From Eledone cirrhosa (taxonomy: Eukaryota): a stretch of DNA of 64,000 nt. Positions 29,320 to 42,353 of this stretch are shown here, piece after piece. How positions within the stretch are numbered: the first letter of the stretch is position 1; every line of letters starts with the position of its first letter. The stretch spans positions 424,948,001 to 425,012,000 of the forward strand of contig OZ024740.1 of the NCBI GenBank assembly GCA_964016885.1, read 5' to 3'. The notes below the pieces were generated by a model. That model ran no database searches. It was not told where the DNA came from and worked only from the letters and a program-made list of their open reading frames with translations. Both the position numbers and the translations under genes were made by a program.

Positions 29320-29900
29320 AAACAGAAGGGAGATGAGGCAGGAATAGAGAAGATGTCAGAAATAAGGGAGAGACGAGGCAGAAATAGGGAAGATGTAAAA
29401 CAGAAATAAGGGAGAGACGAGGCAGAAATAGGGAAGATGTCAAACAGAAATAAGGGAGAGACGAGCAGAAATAGGGAAGATGTAAAACAGAAATAAGGGA
29501 GAGACGAGGCAGAAATAGGGAAGATGTAAAACAGAAATAAGGGAGAGACGAGGCAGAAATAGGGAAGATGTAAAACAGAAATAAGGGAGAGACGAGGCAG
29601 AAATAAGGAAGATCTAAAACAGAAATAAGGGAGAGACGAGGCAGAAATAGGGAAGATGTAAAACAGAAATAAGGGAGAGACGAGCAGAAATAGGGAAGAT
29701 GTCAAACAGAAATAAGGGAGAGACGAGGCAGAAATAGGGAAGATGTAAAACAGAAATAAGGGAGAGACGAGGCAGAAATAGGGAAGATGTAAAACAGAAA
29801 TAAGGAGAGACGAGGCAGAAATAAGGAAGATGTAAAACAGAAATAAGGGAGAGACGAGGCACAAATAGGGAAGATGTAAAACAGAAATAAGGGATAGACA
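29320..29900. repeat. 44-bp minisatellite (~13 copies) built from two related 22-bp halves
   Basis: CAGAAATAAGGGAGAGACGAGG + CAGAAATAGGGAAGATGTAAAA. Confidence 0.92.
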
Positions 29901-30147
29901 AAGCTGGAGCAAGACAAGGACTAGCTAGAACTGCTAAGGATTATGGCAAAACCATCACAGATCTAGGGCGAATTTAATACAAAGTTGAGTAAATCAATAA
30001 TCAGCTCAGCTTTATGTTTGTGTGTTTAATGTTGTTGGTTATAAATGAATCTGTTACTTTGTAATGATTCTTTGTTTACAAGAAGGAGTGGTGAAAGGAA
30101 GAAGAGAGGATACATATATACATATACATACATATATATGATTCACA

Positions 30148-30295
30148 GAAGGCACATGGCTTAGTGGTTAGAGCATTGGGCTTGCAATCAAAAGGTTGTG
30201 AGTTCAATTCTCGGACCGGGTGATGTGTTGTTTCCTTGAGCAAGACACTTTATTTCACGCTGCTCCAGTTTACTTATCTGTAGAAATGAGGTGAT
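30148..30295 (+). mobile_element. tRNA-derived SINE family 2 (CORE-like)
   Basis: Box A TGGCTTAGTGGTTAGAGC, box B GAGTTCAATTC, then CCTTGAGCAAGACACTT (CORE-like). Confidence 0.8.
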
Positions 30296-30530
30296 AGGAC
30301 TGTGGTCCCTATCATTAAATCACCCAAGACACCTCAAACGAGATATACCTTGGAGGAGGCCAGTTAAACCTGCATAGGTGTGAGCTGTCACACACACACA
30401 TATATGAATCAATGAAGTTAATTATAACCTTTTGACTTACACTTCTTGTTTATATACATACATAGACTTAACCAGAGGGTCTAAAACTGAATGTAATAGG
30501 GTTGAGGCGGAGCTGATATATAAAGTATAA

Positions 30531-30803
30531 GGAACACCAAAGAGACAATATGATATCAGACTAACAAATGATTCAACCGGAAGAGATTCATCCCGAGAAT
30601 GTGAAATTATAAATTCAGGAATTTTTAAATTTTCTTAAGAACAAAGAATTTTCATTTAAAACTCCTTTATGATTTTATACTTCTACCATCGGAACTAGGC
30701 TCAAAATCCGTATCATCAGAGTTTATAATTTCACATCCTTTGGATGAATATGTCGGTTGAAACATGTGTAGAGTTTGAAAGCATATTAACTCTTTGGGGT
30801 TTC
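30531..30803. mobile_element. Old diverged inverted-repeat element (family G)
   Basis: TTCAACCG…ATTCATCC…ATGTGAAATTATAAA mirrored by TTTATAATTTCACAT…GGATGAAT…CGGTTGAA; GGATGA…GAAACATGTGTA is hammerhead-like but degenerate. Confidence 0.55.
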
Positions 30804-30806
30804 ATA

Positions 30807-30868
<62 letters not shown>

Positions 30869-30869
<1 letters not shown>

Positions 30870-31084
30870 AACGATCGACTTTCGTCAAATCGGACCAAGG
30901 GAACAATGTTTCCGTTGGTCTTTCCAATTGCTAATACTATCTATCGGTCGCAACTCCAGGTAGAAGGAGCAACATGAAATAAAGTGTCTTGCTCAAGGAC
31001 ATAACGCATCACCTGGTCCAGGAATCGAACTCACAACCTTACGATTGCGAATCCAATTCTCTAACCACTCAGCCACACGCCTTC
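30869..31084 (-). mobile_element. SINE family 2, full length
   Basis: Minus strand GAAGGCGTGTGGCTGAGTGGTTAGAG…GAGTTCGATTCC…CCTTGAGCAAGACACTTTATTTCA. Confidence 0.82.
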
Positions 31085-31260
31085 ATATATATTAGAAAGT
31101 GAAGACTTTCTAATTAAATAGCTCTGTTCTATACATAGAGCACTCTTTTTCCCTTTTCTTTTTCTTCGGAATTACCTAACACTCACACACACACACACAT
31201 ACACACACACACACACACATACATACACACACACACACGCACACACACACACACACACAT

Positions 31261-31326
<66 letters not shown>

Positions 31327-31490
31327 AAGTGCAAGTCAACACGTTAAAATTAACGTTTATTCATATGCCAGCAGTTATTTGAGAAAACAACACCACACTT
31401 CGGGACTGGGCAGATCAAAAGATCGAAATAACAAAGGTAAACTTTGTTCCATCATTCTGTTTTTTTTTTGTTTTTGCTGTTCAACCTTTA

Positions 31491-31551
31491 GCTCTCTGAT
31501 GAGGTCATAGCTGCTGAATAATGGTTATCACCGAAAAATATATTTAACAGC
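31491..31551 (+). ncRNA. Type I hammerhead ribozyme motif
   Basis: GCTCT-CTGATGA-GGTCATAGC…GTTATCACC-GAAA-AATATATT-TA-ACAGC: core intact, palindromic stem III, stem I 4 of 5 pairs. Confidence 0.6.
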
Positions 31552-31693
31552 AAATAAGAATAAACGAAGTTAATTTTAAGCTGTTGACTTACACTTCTTG
31601 TGTTTAAATTACTCCGGATTAAAGGGACCCACCTGTCCAAATCTCTGAGTGCTCTACCCTGCATACTGAAGTGTGGGTAACTAACTAACACAT

Positions 31694-31724
<31 letters not shown>

Positions 31725-31795
31725 GACAGCCTCCAAAAGTAATGGTTGTATTTTAAAGGGTACGCCAAACCTATTTGTAAAACTGTTATATATTG

Positions 31796-31860
31796 TATTT
31801 TGTCTGATGAAGGCATACCATAATTTAATGTGGTATCCCTGAAATATGTATAATGAAATA
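31796..31860 (+). ncRNA. Type I hammerhead ribozyme motif (family C, single arm 31730-31900)
   Basis: TATTTTGT-CTGATGA-AGGCATACCA…TGGTATCCCT-GAAA-TATGTA-TA-ATGAAATA; 8-bp stem I with 2 G.U pairs. Confidence 0.75.
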
Positions 31861-31899
31861 AATATGGTTTTATAAATATAGTTTCCATTTATTAATATC

Positions 31900-31935
<36 letters not shown>

Positions 31936-32484
31936 AATCCAAAAAGTGGAACGAAACTACCAGTGGCAAGGTCTATGAGAATTCTGGTAAAATTTATGTG
32001 CATTTTTTCTTCAAACTTCTATTTTGTACCTAATTCCGTGCAGTTAGCTATTTGTCTAGTCAATTTCTACAGGCTAGAAGAAATAATTAGATAAGTGTCA
32101 TATGGCTGTACATCGCGGAAAATAATCTGTATCATTTGTCTATTATTTCTTCATAAGTACATTTTAAACTTATAGCCTCGTTTAAATGATTTTTTTATGT
32201 GGTTAATTTATACTGATTGGGAGAGGAAATACTGTATATATTTTATCTACTGATTCTTTGGACTTACATTTATATATATATATATATATATATATATGCA
32301 TATGCAGAGAGAGAGAGAGAGAGACTAAGTGAGCGAGAGAGAGGGACAGAGAGAGAGAGAGAGAGAGATGATTGAGGGTTGGGATTGAAAAAGCAGACAG
32401 TAATCCAACCAGATTGAGAAATCAGTTCGACTTGTGTCCACAGTACTTAGTGGCTGAAACTGGTCAGTACACTAGGGACTATAT

Positions 32485-32579
32485 AGTTACTACTACTACT
32501 ACTGCTGCTCCTGCTCCTGCTACTACTACTGCTATTGCTATTGCTACTACTACTACTACTACTATTGCTGCTGCTGCTG

Positions 32580-32612
<33 letters not shown>

Positions 32613-32621
32613 TTGCTGCTG

Positions 32622-32697
<76 letters not shown>

Positions 32698-32786
32698 CGC
32701 TGCTGCTGCTCTTGCTACTACTACTACTACTGCTACTGCTACTACTACTACTACCACCACCACCACCACTGCTGCTACTGCTGCTG

Positions 32787-32821
<35 letters not shown>

Positions 32822-32860
32822 ACTACTACTACTACTACTACTACTACCAACCACCACCAC
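32485..32860. repeat. (TAC/TGC)n trinucleotide repeat
   Basis: Directly visible. Confidence 0.95.
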
Positions 32861-32889
32861 CAAGTGGTCGTCTTATGTCGGTAGCTTGC

Positions 32890-33070
32890 CATGTTTTGTT
32901 TCACATGTTTGTCTCCCTTTACATTCTGAGTTCAAATACTGCCGAGGCTAGCTTTGCTTTTCATCATTACTGGATTGATAAAATAAAGTACCGGTAACAT
33001 ACTGAGGCAGATTTAATCGACTTTCCTCTTCTCTTCAAATTGTTGACCTGCCTAAATCAGAAACTATTAC
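32890..33070 (+). mobile_element. SINE family 1, old variant
   Basis: CTGAGTTCAAAT…CTTTTCATC…GATAAAATAAAGTACC. Confidence 0.65.
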
Positions 33071-33208
33071 TAATGAGATATTTAAAGACATATTTTTCAC
33101 TGTTTGACATAAATTATGGTCTCGTTGTAAGTGGAATGAGTCTATAGGCACAGCTATATGTGTTTGTGTTTTCGTTCTGTAAGCTTTATATTATTATATG
33201 GATTGGCA

Positions 33209-33402
33209 AGGGGCGATGGATTGGCACTATCGGTAGAGGGTCGGACACCATGCTTTGACGCATAGAGTTACGGCCCTTCCCATTCTGAGTTCAAATCCCG
33301 CTGAGGTTAACTTTGCCTTACATCCTTACGGGGTCGATAAAATAAGTACCAGTAATGTACTGAGTAATTGCTGGATTTGTGCCAAAAGTAGAAACAATTA
33401 TT
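33209..33402 (+). mobile_element. SINE family 1, full length
   Basis: Box A/B, central core and tail all present. Confidence 0.85.
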
Positions 33403-33932
33403 ATATTTTGTCGTTGGTCAGTTGGTGATATCCCACAGCAATGAAGTTTCCTTGAAATTAAATTTCCACTGATAAAATAGAACAAAGACGAACACGTGAT
33501 TTGTTGCGAAGAGCCATACACCACTTCACAGTTTCATAGAATCCTTTGTAGTTAACGATGTCTTCGCAAAACGGAATTCTCATTGCAAGTTTGGTTTATC
33601 ACGTGTTCTGAATTTACCGGAGACTGCCCTGGAATGTGCTACACAATAAGAGGAAGCTGTCTTTTAATAGGACAAGATGTTTCAGTGGGACAACTTTTGG
33701 ATCTCCTGATTTTCTTGATAGAATGGTCTTCTTTATAGAAAACAATAGAGCTATTTCAGAGAACTTAAATAGTGTGGATTTAAATGTTCCCAAAGTATAA
33801 TTAGAGGGCAATATCTAGACGTCAGTTTTCACTGAGGGTAACCAACTAGGAATGTCTTTTATCGGGAGGTGTCTCTCTTTAGCAGGGCTTGAAATGGACA
33901 CTAGACGTGCGGGCGACAAGTTGATGAAGGTA

Positions 33933-33966
<34 letters not shown>

Positions 33967-34130
33967 TTAAAGTAAACAGAGAAACCTACGATTTGAACAC
34001 ATATATGTATATATCTGTGTTTATCTCTCTCTTTTATATTCAATTATACTATACGGCTCGGAAAAATCTCTTTCCTTGAGCTATTTGACTGTAAGAGACT
34101 ATTTTGAGTTTCTAACTCAATATATACCTT

Positions 34131-34171
<41 letters not shown>

Positions 34172-34220
34172 TATGGAATACTGTTAGCTTCTCGCTACAA
34201 CAATTTCTATACTTTTCATT

Positions 34221-34423
<203 letters not shown>

Positions 34424-34863
34424 CCATACTAATCTGTGACGAACGTGTTCATTCTTCTCCTCACAAATAATTTAAATGGATTACATATTTTAACATGATA
34501 TCTTATATTATTCTTGCCTTTTTTTCTTTTCCATCTTTTATATTTTTACCCCCTATTTCAGCCTGACGTGACTATCGTTGCTTTAAAAAGGACAAAAAGG
34601 ACAATACATTCCCGTCGTCGTCACGTGATATCGTATGTGTACCTGTTATGTCTTAATTGCTGAACGTTATTGTTTTGTCTTGTCTTTTAATCAAGGGACA
34701 GCACATTCGCTGGTTTGTCATACACTGTGACTCCATCTCAACGGACGGGTGAAAACCTTGAAGTTCTCTGTCTTTCTTTTGTCTTTTGTATTCTCCCCAA
34801 ACATTTTTAAAGGTTTCTCCTTCAAAAAATGTCTTATCTTCCAGTATATTCTCTTTGTCAATT

Positions 34864-34963
<100 letters not shown>

Positions 34964-35089
34964 AATAGAAAGTTAAGTATGAAAAGTAATGATAACAGGT
35001 GTTGGAATGATACCAGGGAAATGTTTAATTAGTCCTTTGTATTTTGACAAGCTGATTTTATTTCCGAAATATATGGGACTAATTAAATG

Positions 35090-35202
35090 ATCACAGACAC
35101 ACACAGACACAGACACACATGCACAGATACACATACACAGACACACATACACAGACACGCACACACACAGACATACACACATATACACACACAGACACAG
35201 AC

Positions 35203-35237
<35 letters not shown>

Positions 35238-35268
35238 CAGATACAGCCAGACATACACAGAGACACAG

Positions 35269-35317
<49 letters not shown>

Positions 35318-35800
35318 GACTCACAGACACACAGACGCACAGACACACAGACACACACACATATATATATATATATAAATGTGTGCGTGTCATAGAAATG
35401 TACAGATATATAATTTATCTGAGTAAAAGTGACTATAACAAAACTTCTGTATTCACTTCGTCATTATTTACACCACCACACCACCAAATAGTCCACACCA
35501 CCACCACCACCATCATCATCACACCCACCACCACCACCACCATCGTCATCATCACACGCACCACCACGAACACCACCACCACCACCATCGTCATCATCAC
35601 ACGCACCACCACGAACACCACCACCACCACCATCATCATCACAACCAACACCACCACCACCACCACCACCATCACAACTACCAAAACCACCACCACCATC
35701 ACCATCAAACGCACCACCACCACGAACACCACCACCACCACCATCATCATCACACCCACCACCATCATCATCACACCCACCAGCACCACTAACACCCCAT
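35090..35800. repeat. (CA)n-derived then (CAC/CAT)n repeats
   Basis: Directly visible. Confidence 0.9.
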
Positions 35801-36197
35801 TAACATCAACATAATTCGTATCAAGTGTGAATTCTCGAGATCAATTTTTCCTTCTATACTTGTCGCTGGTGACGAAATAAAATACCAGTTATGTCACAGG
35901 GTTGATACTAATATCTAGACCCCAGTGAATTACTGGTACTTTATTTTATCGACCGGTGGGATTCGAATTCAAAACGTAAAGGGACGTAGCTATATGCCGC
36001 TAAGCATGTTGTCTGATGATCTATCGATATTTCTGATCCACTATACTTGAACATAACTATACTAATGTTGATGATGATGTTGATGGTGATGATGGTGATG
36101 ATGGTGATGATGGTGAAAACCCTCCCCCTCCCCAAATAATAATAATAATAACACACATATTTATACATATATATATATGTATATATATACATATATA

Positions 36198-36614
36198 TTA
36201 GCTTTGCGAGGTTTTTGATATGAAATCGTGTGTCGAAACAAATATTGTTATACTTGGGGAGGGTCATATTTGTGTAATAATATTGCCAGAAATAATAACA
36301 GAACACACTCACTGTTTGGTTGGTTTTCGCTTCTGTGTCTTTTATATCGGTTAATTTAATTTATTCGGTCCTCAATGTTACCATTGACTGACCAACAGTC
36401 AAAAATACTTTGATAGACTATATATATGTGTTTGTGTCTATATTGTATCTGTATTTTTGACCGTTGGTCAGTCAATAGTAAACATTGAGGACCGAATAAA
36501 TTAAATTAACCGATATAAAAGACACAGAAGCGAAAACCAACCAAACAGTGAGTGTATTCTGTTATTAATTCTGGCAATATTATTACACAAATATGACCCT
36601 CCCCAAGTATAACA

Positions 36615-36617
<3 letters not shown>
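36198..36617. mobile_element. Inverted-repeat element related to family A, in (TA)n
   Basis: Arms 36242-36408 and 36451-36617 with a few mismatches; single-arm relative at 45600-45777. Confidence 0.8.
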
Positions 36618-36654
<37 letters not shown>

Positions 36655-36927
36655 ATGTAATAATAATAATAATAATGATTTCTTTATTAACCACAAGGGT
36701 TTACATAAAGTAGACATTAAGGACAGTGCAGGACAATACAGGACGGTACAAATGGGCATTTCTGCGTGTAAAAAACAAAAAAAGAGGATGTAACAAAAAA
36801 ATAACAATGAAAAATTCCCCAATAGGGGGGAGACTTCGGGGCGACATTTGTGGAGAAAGCCCAGTAAAAGGCCACAGTAACCCTGACCAACAAGGCAAGT
36901 GCCCTCTCCCAGTTTTCCACCTTTAAT

Positions 36928-39900
36928 TTACAGATACATACTCAGAGTAGGCCCATTCACTCGGGCCATTCTTGCTTCTCTCACCCATCTTTCAACAAAA
37001 TGCTGGGAAGAGAGCACTTCCCTCTCTAAATTAAATTTGAAAAAGTCAATCAGGGCATTACCGAGGAGGTAAGTGCTCGTCTTCAGCCCTTTCAAACGTG
37101 TCCACCATACTATCTCTTTCGCCATGGCCACCAGACAGATAAAAACTGCCTGCCCTTCCCGGCTAAAGGAAGAGGGCGGGGCAATCCTCACGATGGACTC
37201 AGATGATAGCTGGATCCGTCCTACACGCGACAGCAGGTGTTCGACATAAACCCACAAGTCAGCAATTTTCGGACACCGGACTAGTGCGTGCAGGACGGTT
37301 ACGTCGCCCTGCGCGCATCTCGGACATGCCCGGCTGACGGCACCTCCATGCCTGTAGAGTTTATCCCGAACTAGCAAGGCTCCTCGGTAGCACTGCCAGG
37401 CCAGAGATTTCTGGAAGTTGTCCATAGGCCCCGGCCCGAAAGTTCTTCCGAAGAGATTGGCTAGTTGATTTTCGTCGACGCCTAGAGTTTCCCCAAGTAC
37501 GTCGTCGCTCTTCCCCTCCACTAATCCTCTATAGAACGCCGAGGTCGAGTTTCCACCGATCACATTGCCCGATTGGTCGAGGGCTGTGAGCGCCTGAAGA
37601 CATTCCAGTCTCCAGGCGCTCCCTCTCGGTCTTCCCTTGACCCAGGACTGCAGCTCCGTCAAGGAAACGAGCTGGGGAAATACGTGTCTAGCAAACGGCG
37701 ACCACACCTGATCACCGTCGAGGAAGAAGTAGAGATGTCGTAGCCTGAGCGCGTGTCTGCCCATCATCAGCCACGGCATGCCCATGCCTCCACGTAGCGG
37801 GTGTTGACAACAGATGGACCGCCTGACCATCGGAGCGCGTCCCTTCCACAAAAAGCGAAAGAGCAAACGCTCCAGCGCAGTCAGGCGGGGCTTAGGACAA
37901 GCTACGACGGTCAGGCGGTAGCAGATGACAGACGCGATGTACGCGTTAGCTACCTCCGCTCGACTTTTCAGGGATAGCTTCTTCTCCGCCCATTTCTGGG
38001 TGAGAGAAGCCACCCTGCTCGTCACCTCGTCCCAGTGTTTGTCCATCTGGAGGTCCGGACCGAACCAGACCCCTAGCAATTTAACCGGTCCGTCCGTCCA
38101 AAGCCCCACGACGCTATCGGACGGCACGGACAGCAAGCCCACCGACTTTTCCTGGTTTATCTTTGCTCCTGTCACCGCTTCGTATTCCTTGAGAGCAGTG
38201 CCGAGCATCTGGACGTGTCTGGTGCTCGACACCACCACGGTGACGTCGTCAGCGTAAGCCGACTCGGATTTCCCGCATCCTAGTTCGCGTGGGACGCCCC
38301 TCATCGCCCGCCCCCAGTTTGTGCAGTAACGGCTCGAGAGCCAATACGTACAAGAGGGACGAGAGGGGACAACCCTGGCGGACTGAGCGCATGATGCTGA
38401 ACGGCTGCGACAGGTGACCGTTCACCCTCACAACTGAGCAGACGTCGCTGTACATTGCTGCGATCCAACGCCTGAAAACGGGCCCGAAACCGGCTGCCTC
38501 GAGGACCGCGGCCAGGTACCGATGGTCGACCCTATCGAATGCTTTGGATTGATCCAAGTTGATCAGGGCCCCACCCTTGCCAGGTCCCTTAACCACCCTC
38601 TCTATGATGTATCGCATGAGGTGGAGGTTGTCGTGGATGGATCTGTCCGGAATGGCGCATGTCTGCGCCTCTCCCACCAGACCCTTGACGACAAGCGCCA
38701 ACCCCGTTGCTAACACTTTGGCCAAAATCTTCAACTCTGCGTTTAGCAGGGTTATGGGCCTGAAATTATCGATAACATCCCCCTTGTTCGGGTCTTTCCT
38801 CAGCAGCGCCACTGCTCCCCGGCTCACAAAACTGGGAATGCTTCCGTTCTGCAGCCAGTTGCAGTAGACGTCTGCCAAGAGGTCACCGAACAAGTCTGGA
38901 ATAAATGGATAAAGCTCGTAGGGCAGACCATCCAAACCTGGCGATTTACCCCTTGTGGAGTTAGCCATCGCTTACCGTATTTCACCGGCTGTTATTGGCT
39001 TTTCGCAACACTGTGCTGCGGTCGTCGAGAGCCGAGGCAGTCCGTCGAGGTATGCACTGAAGACCATGCCCCGATCCAGGCGGCCGCCGCTCCCGAACAG
39101 TTCAGCAAAGTGCTACTGAAAAGCTTCACACATCCGCTCGTGTTCGAGCATCACGCACCCGTTTTGGTCAGACAAAGACCGAATTGTGGCTTCCTTCCCA
39201 CGTCGCGCCTCTGCCACCCGGGCCCATTGGACGGCTTTTGTGCCCTCGTGTTTCAGAGCACGCGCTCTAGCTCTGACAACGCAGCCTTCGTGTTTTGCGT
39301 TGAAGAATTGGTCGAGTGCCAATCTCGCCGCAAGCACGTCGGTTGCGATGCCTGTCCTAAACGCCTCTTCTAGCTTTCTGACTAGCTCTCCCTCTACTCT
39401 ATTTTCCTCTATCACTACTCCTTTACTAAACCTAATCGACTCTACTTTAATTGCCCTTTTCAGGGCGAACCACCACCTGTTGTTGACGACCGCTCCCGTC
39501 AACGCCCGCTTAACTAATACGCTAATCCGGTCTCTGTAGGCTTTGCGCGCCGGGAAAGACACGTTCAGCTTCCAGTAACCAGGCCCTTGTCTATGAAGTC
39601 TGTCTATGTTGATCTCACAGATCACAAATTTGTGGTCTGTGTAGTCGACTATTTTAAATTGTGGACAACTTATACTAGCCTTATCTACTTCTCTGCAGAA
39701 TACCCTATCGAGATACGATCTGGATGACCCGATGCGGTTTGTCTATGTCCACATTGGCACATTCGGGTGATCCAGTCGATACCTGTCAGACAGTTCAAAA
39801 CGTCTGAACAGGTTGGTGAGGCTTTTGCACCCTCCTCCCCTATCCACTATCCCCACACGATCCCAGTGTGCATCCAAGATACCGTTCCAGTCGCCCACTA

Positions 39901-40311
39901 ACACTAAAGAGCGGGACGTTCCAAGAAAGGTCTCTAGACGTCTGAAGAAATCTGGCCGTCCTACCCCTGTTGGGGCGTAGACAGCTACTAGCCTGAAAGC
40001 ATTGCCTTCGCTGCCAGTCACGTCCAGCACCACCAACTTACCTTCTGAGTCTAGGAAGATGGCCCGTATCGCGAGATCCAAGCCTCTCCGAAAAAGGACG
40101 GCAACCCCTCCCCCGATCCTGGACGGCTGGGAGATGCGTATACATCGTAGCCGCCGAAGATCGGTGCGAAGGCTTATGTTTCGGAGATTCTGGTTTCACT
40201 GATGGCCACCACATCTATGTTTAGTGACCTGAGGTCGTTGAGCAGGTGACCCTGCTTCCAAGATGACCCCAGGCCACGTGCATTTATACTGCCTATTCTG
40301 AGTACGGCCAT
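36928..40311 (-). pseudogene. Tx1 ORF2 (APE + RT) with multiple stops and frameshifts
   Basis: ORF pieces 39743..40081, 39113..39625, 38249..38968, 36928..38304; GDWNG, GPGYWK, FRPITLLN, RQGCPLS, AYADDV. Confidence 0.92.
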
Positions 40312-40319
40312 GTTGGATT

Positions 40320-42272
40320 AGAAACGGGGCAAGTGAGAAAGGGTCACTTACCTTGTTCGTGTGGTGAAGGGACAGTAGAACCGTCCCTTTCGCTGGTCAT
40401 GGGTGTTTCCAAGAGGATGTCAGTGTATATCCTCTTGGTAACCAACCTCTGAAGTCTCCAACTGCGTTGGTGAATTTTTGTTTTAAAGGTTTGTACTGTT
40501 CTATTGAGATTTCGATGATGCTTATGTTTGTCGGGAGAGTTCTTGGTGTTGGTGGGGTGTAGTAGTTTTTTTCTGTGATGTCTGTGTGCTGCTTTATATA
40601 TTGTATGAATTCTTTTTTTTGCCATGTTTATGGGTGTGTAATTTTGGGGGGGATGGGTGATTTTGTTGCTGTTTTCTTCTTGTTGCTGTTTGGCGTGTGT
40701 GTCTTGTTGTGTTTGCGTTGTTGGTATTTTTGGTGATGCTGGTGGTGGTGTGGTTGTTGTTGTCAGTGGTGCTTGTGGTGGTGATGGTGGTGGTGTTGCT
40801 GCAAGTTTCCTTGCTGCCTTTACCCCTCTTTGTATGCCTTCGCTTTTGGAGGGTGAATCTAAGGGGTTTTTTTTTTTTGTGGCAGACCGTTTGCCACTTC
40901 ACTCCCGCCTCAAACTCCATGTCGTATTCTGTGGCGTCTGGGAGGGGTATGTGCTCCACGGCTGTTGGTGGTGGTAGTGGAGCCCTCTTCGGCAATGTTG
41001 TTGCTGGTGTAGCTTCTTCAAATGTAGCTATTGATGTTGCCGCCACTAATGATGCTGCTTTAGTTGTCCGTGGCCTTGGTACGGGTGCTACGGACGTTGC
41101 CCTCCTACTCACCGTGGAAGGGGTTTCTTCGTTTGTTGCCTGCCCTGCTCTTGGTAGCAGCGGACCAGGTATTGGAAGGAGAGGGGCCTTCTTCGCTGTC
41201 TTCTACGGGCAAAAGGTCCTGAGGTGACCCTTCGACCCACAGATATAACATTTTGGCCGTCTTCCTTCTACACTTACAGGGAGTTGGAGTCCTTCCTCGA
41301 TGTCTATGATATCGGGGATAGCGTCGATACATTCCTGGTCAGTTTGTATAAGCATTTGCATGCCTATACCTGACCACTTCTCTCTCCCTATTTTTTCTAC
41401 TTGCAGCATGGTCGCCCTGTTCTCGATTCCAGCAAGGACAGACGCGGCCAACCAAGGTATGGGCACGTCGGGTGGGACCTAGGTCACTTTGACCCTCACA
41501 ATTTTCTGTCCGCAGTAGAAGGGCACCAAGACTAACTCCTCACTCTTTAGGGTTTCCAAAGAGTGAGACTTTGCTTCCTGGGGGGTGGCGAAAAGTACGT
41601 CTACTGTGGCGTACTTCTGCCTCGGGTGATGTGGGTTTTGCGTGCCCAGACGCACCCCAAGGCCTTTTGGATTTGAGCCTCCGTGGCTCTCTCCACTCGA
41701 TGTGAGATTTTGCTTATGGTGCGGTAAGTCACCGTCCGTAGTTGCTGGTCCTTGAAAAAATCGGGTGGAGGTTTCAGGGAAAATCTATTTGCGCTTCTTG
41801 TCACCATGGAGCTTGCGACTGCCATCTCCTCCTCTGTGACTAACACTGTCTCGATATTTCGGGAGACACCTGCAAAAGAAGTGGTCCCTTTTTCAGCAGC
41901 ACCACTATTGCTGCGCTACTGGTCTTACTCGTGGTGCTGAGATCGCTATTACAGGTATCGGTGTCATTGTTGTTGTTTTCGTTGGTACAGTTGTTGGTGT
42001 TGTTGTTGTTGTTTTTGTTGATACTGTTCCTACTATTATTGTTGTTGTGGCTGTTGTTATTGTCATTGTTATTGTCGTTCTCGACCTCACCGCTGTTATT
42101 TTTGTTATTGTCGTTCTCGACTTTACCGCTGTTATTTTTGTTGTTGCTGTTGTTATTGATGGTGTTGTTGTTGGTGTTATTGTTGTGTTAGAAATATTTG
42201 TTAATTTTAAATCTGTAACAATCTTGTTTTCCTTTGTAATATTTTCATTTATATTTACCTCTTGTTGACATG
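40320..42272 (-). pseudogene. Tx1 ORF1, fragmented, with CCHC knuckle
   Basis: ORF pieces 41601..41846, 41203..41466, 40594..41112, 40344..40625. Confidence 0.75.
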
Positions 42273-42353
42273 CTGATAAAGTCTCCCTCTCTCTGTGTTG
42301 TCTGACAGCGCTCTCTCTCTCTTTCTTGTGTTATCCATGTTAGAAATAGTAAT

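Larger units (their letters stand above)
36680..42340 (-). mobile_element. Near full-length Tx1/L1-clade LINE, copy 2, in (TAA)n
   Basis: ORF1 (ATG near 42272; VEGRRPKCYICGSKGHLRTFCP) and ORF2; minus-strand AATAAA near 36685 followed by (ATT)n. Confidence 0.9.

Noticed and set aside
30148-30225. tRNA gene
   Set aside because: Box A/B are present, but it continues into a SINE body with homologues elsewhere and has no clean acceptor stem.
33540-33930. Possible host exon
   Set aside because: Complex sequence, but hand translations give no recognisable protein and no convincing splice context.
36012-36040. CTGATGA here and at ~45399 as hammerheads
   Set aside because: No suitably placed stem II/GAAA or stem I partner.
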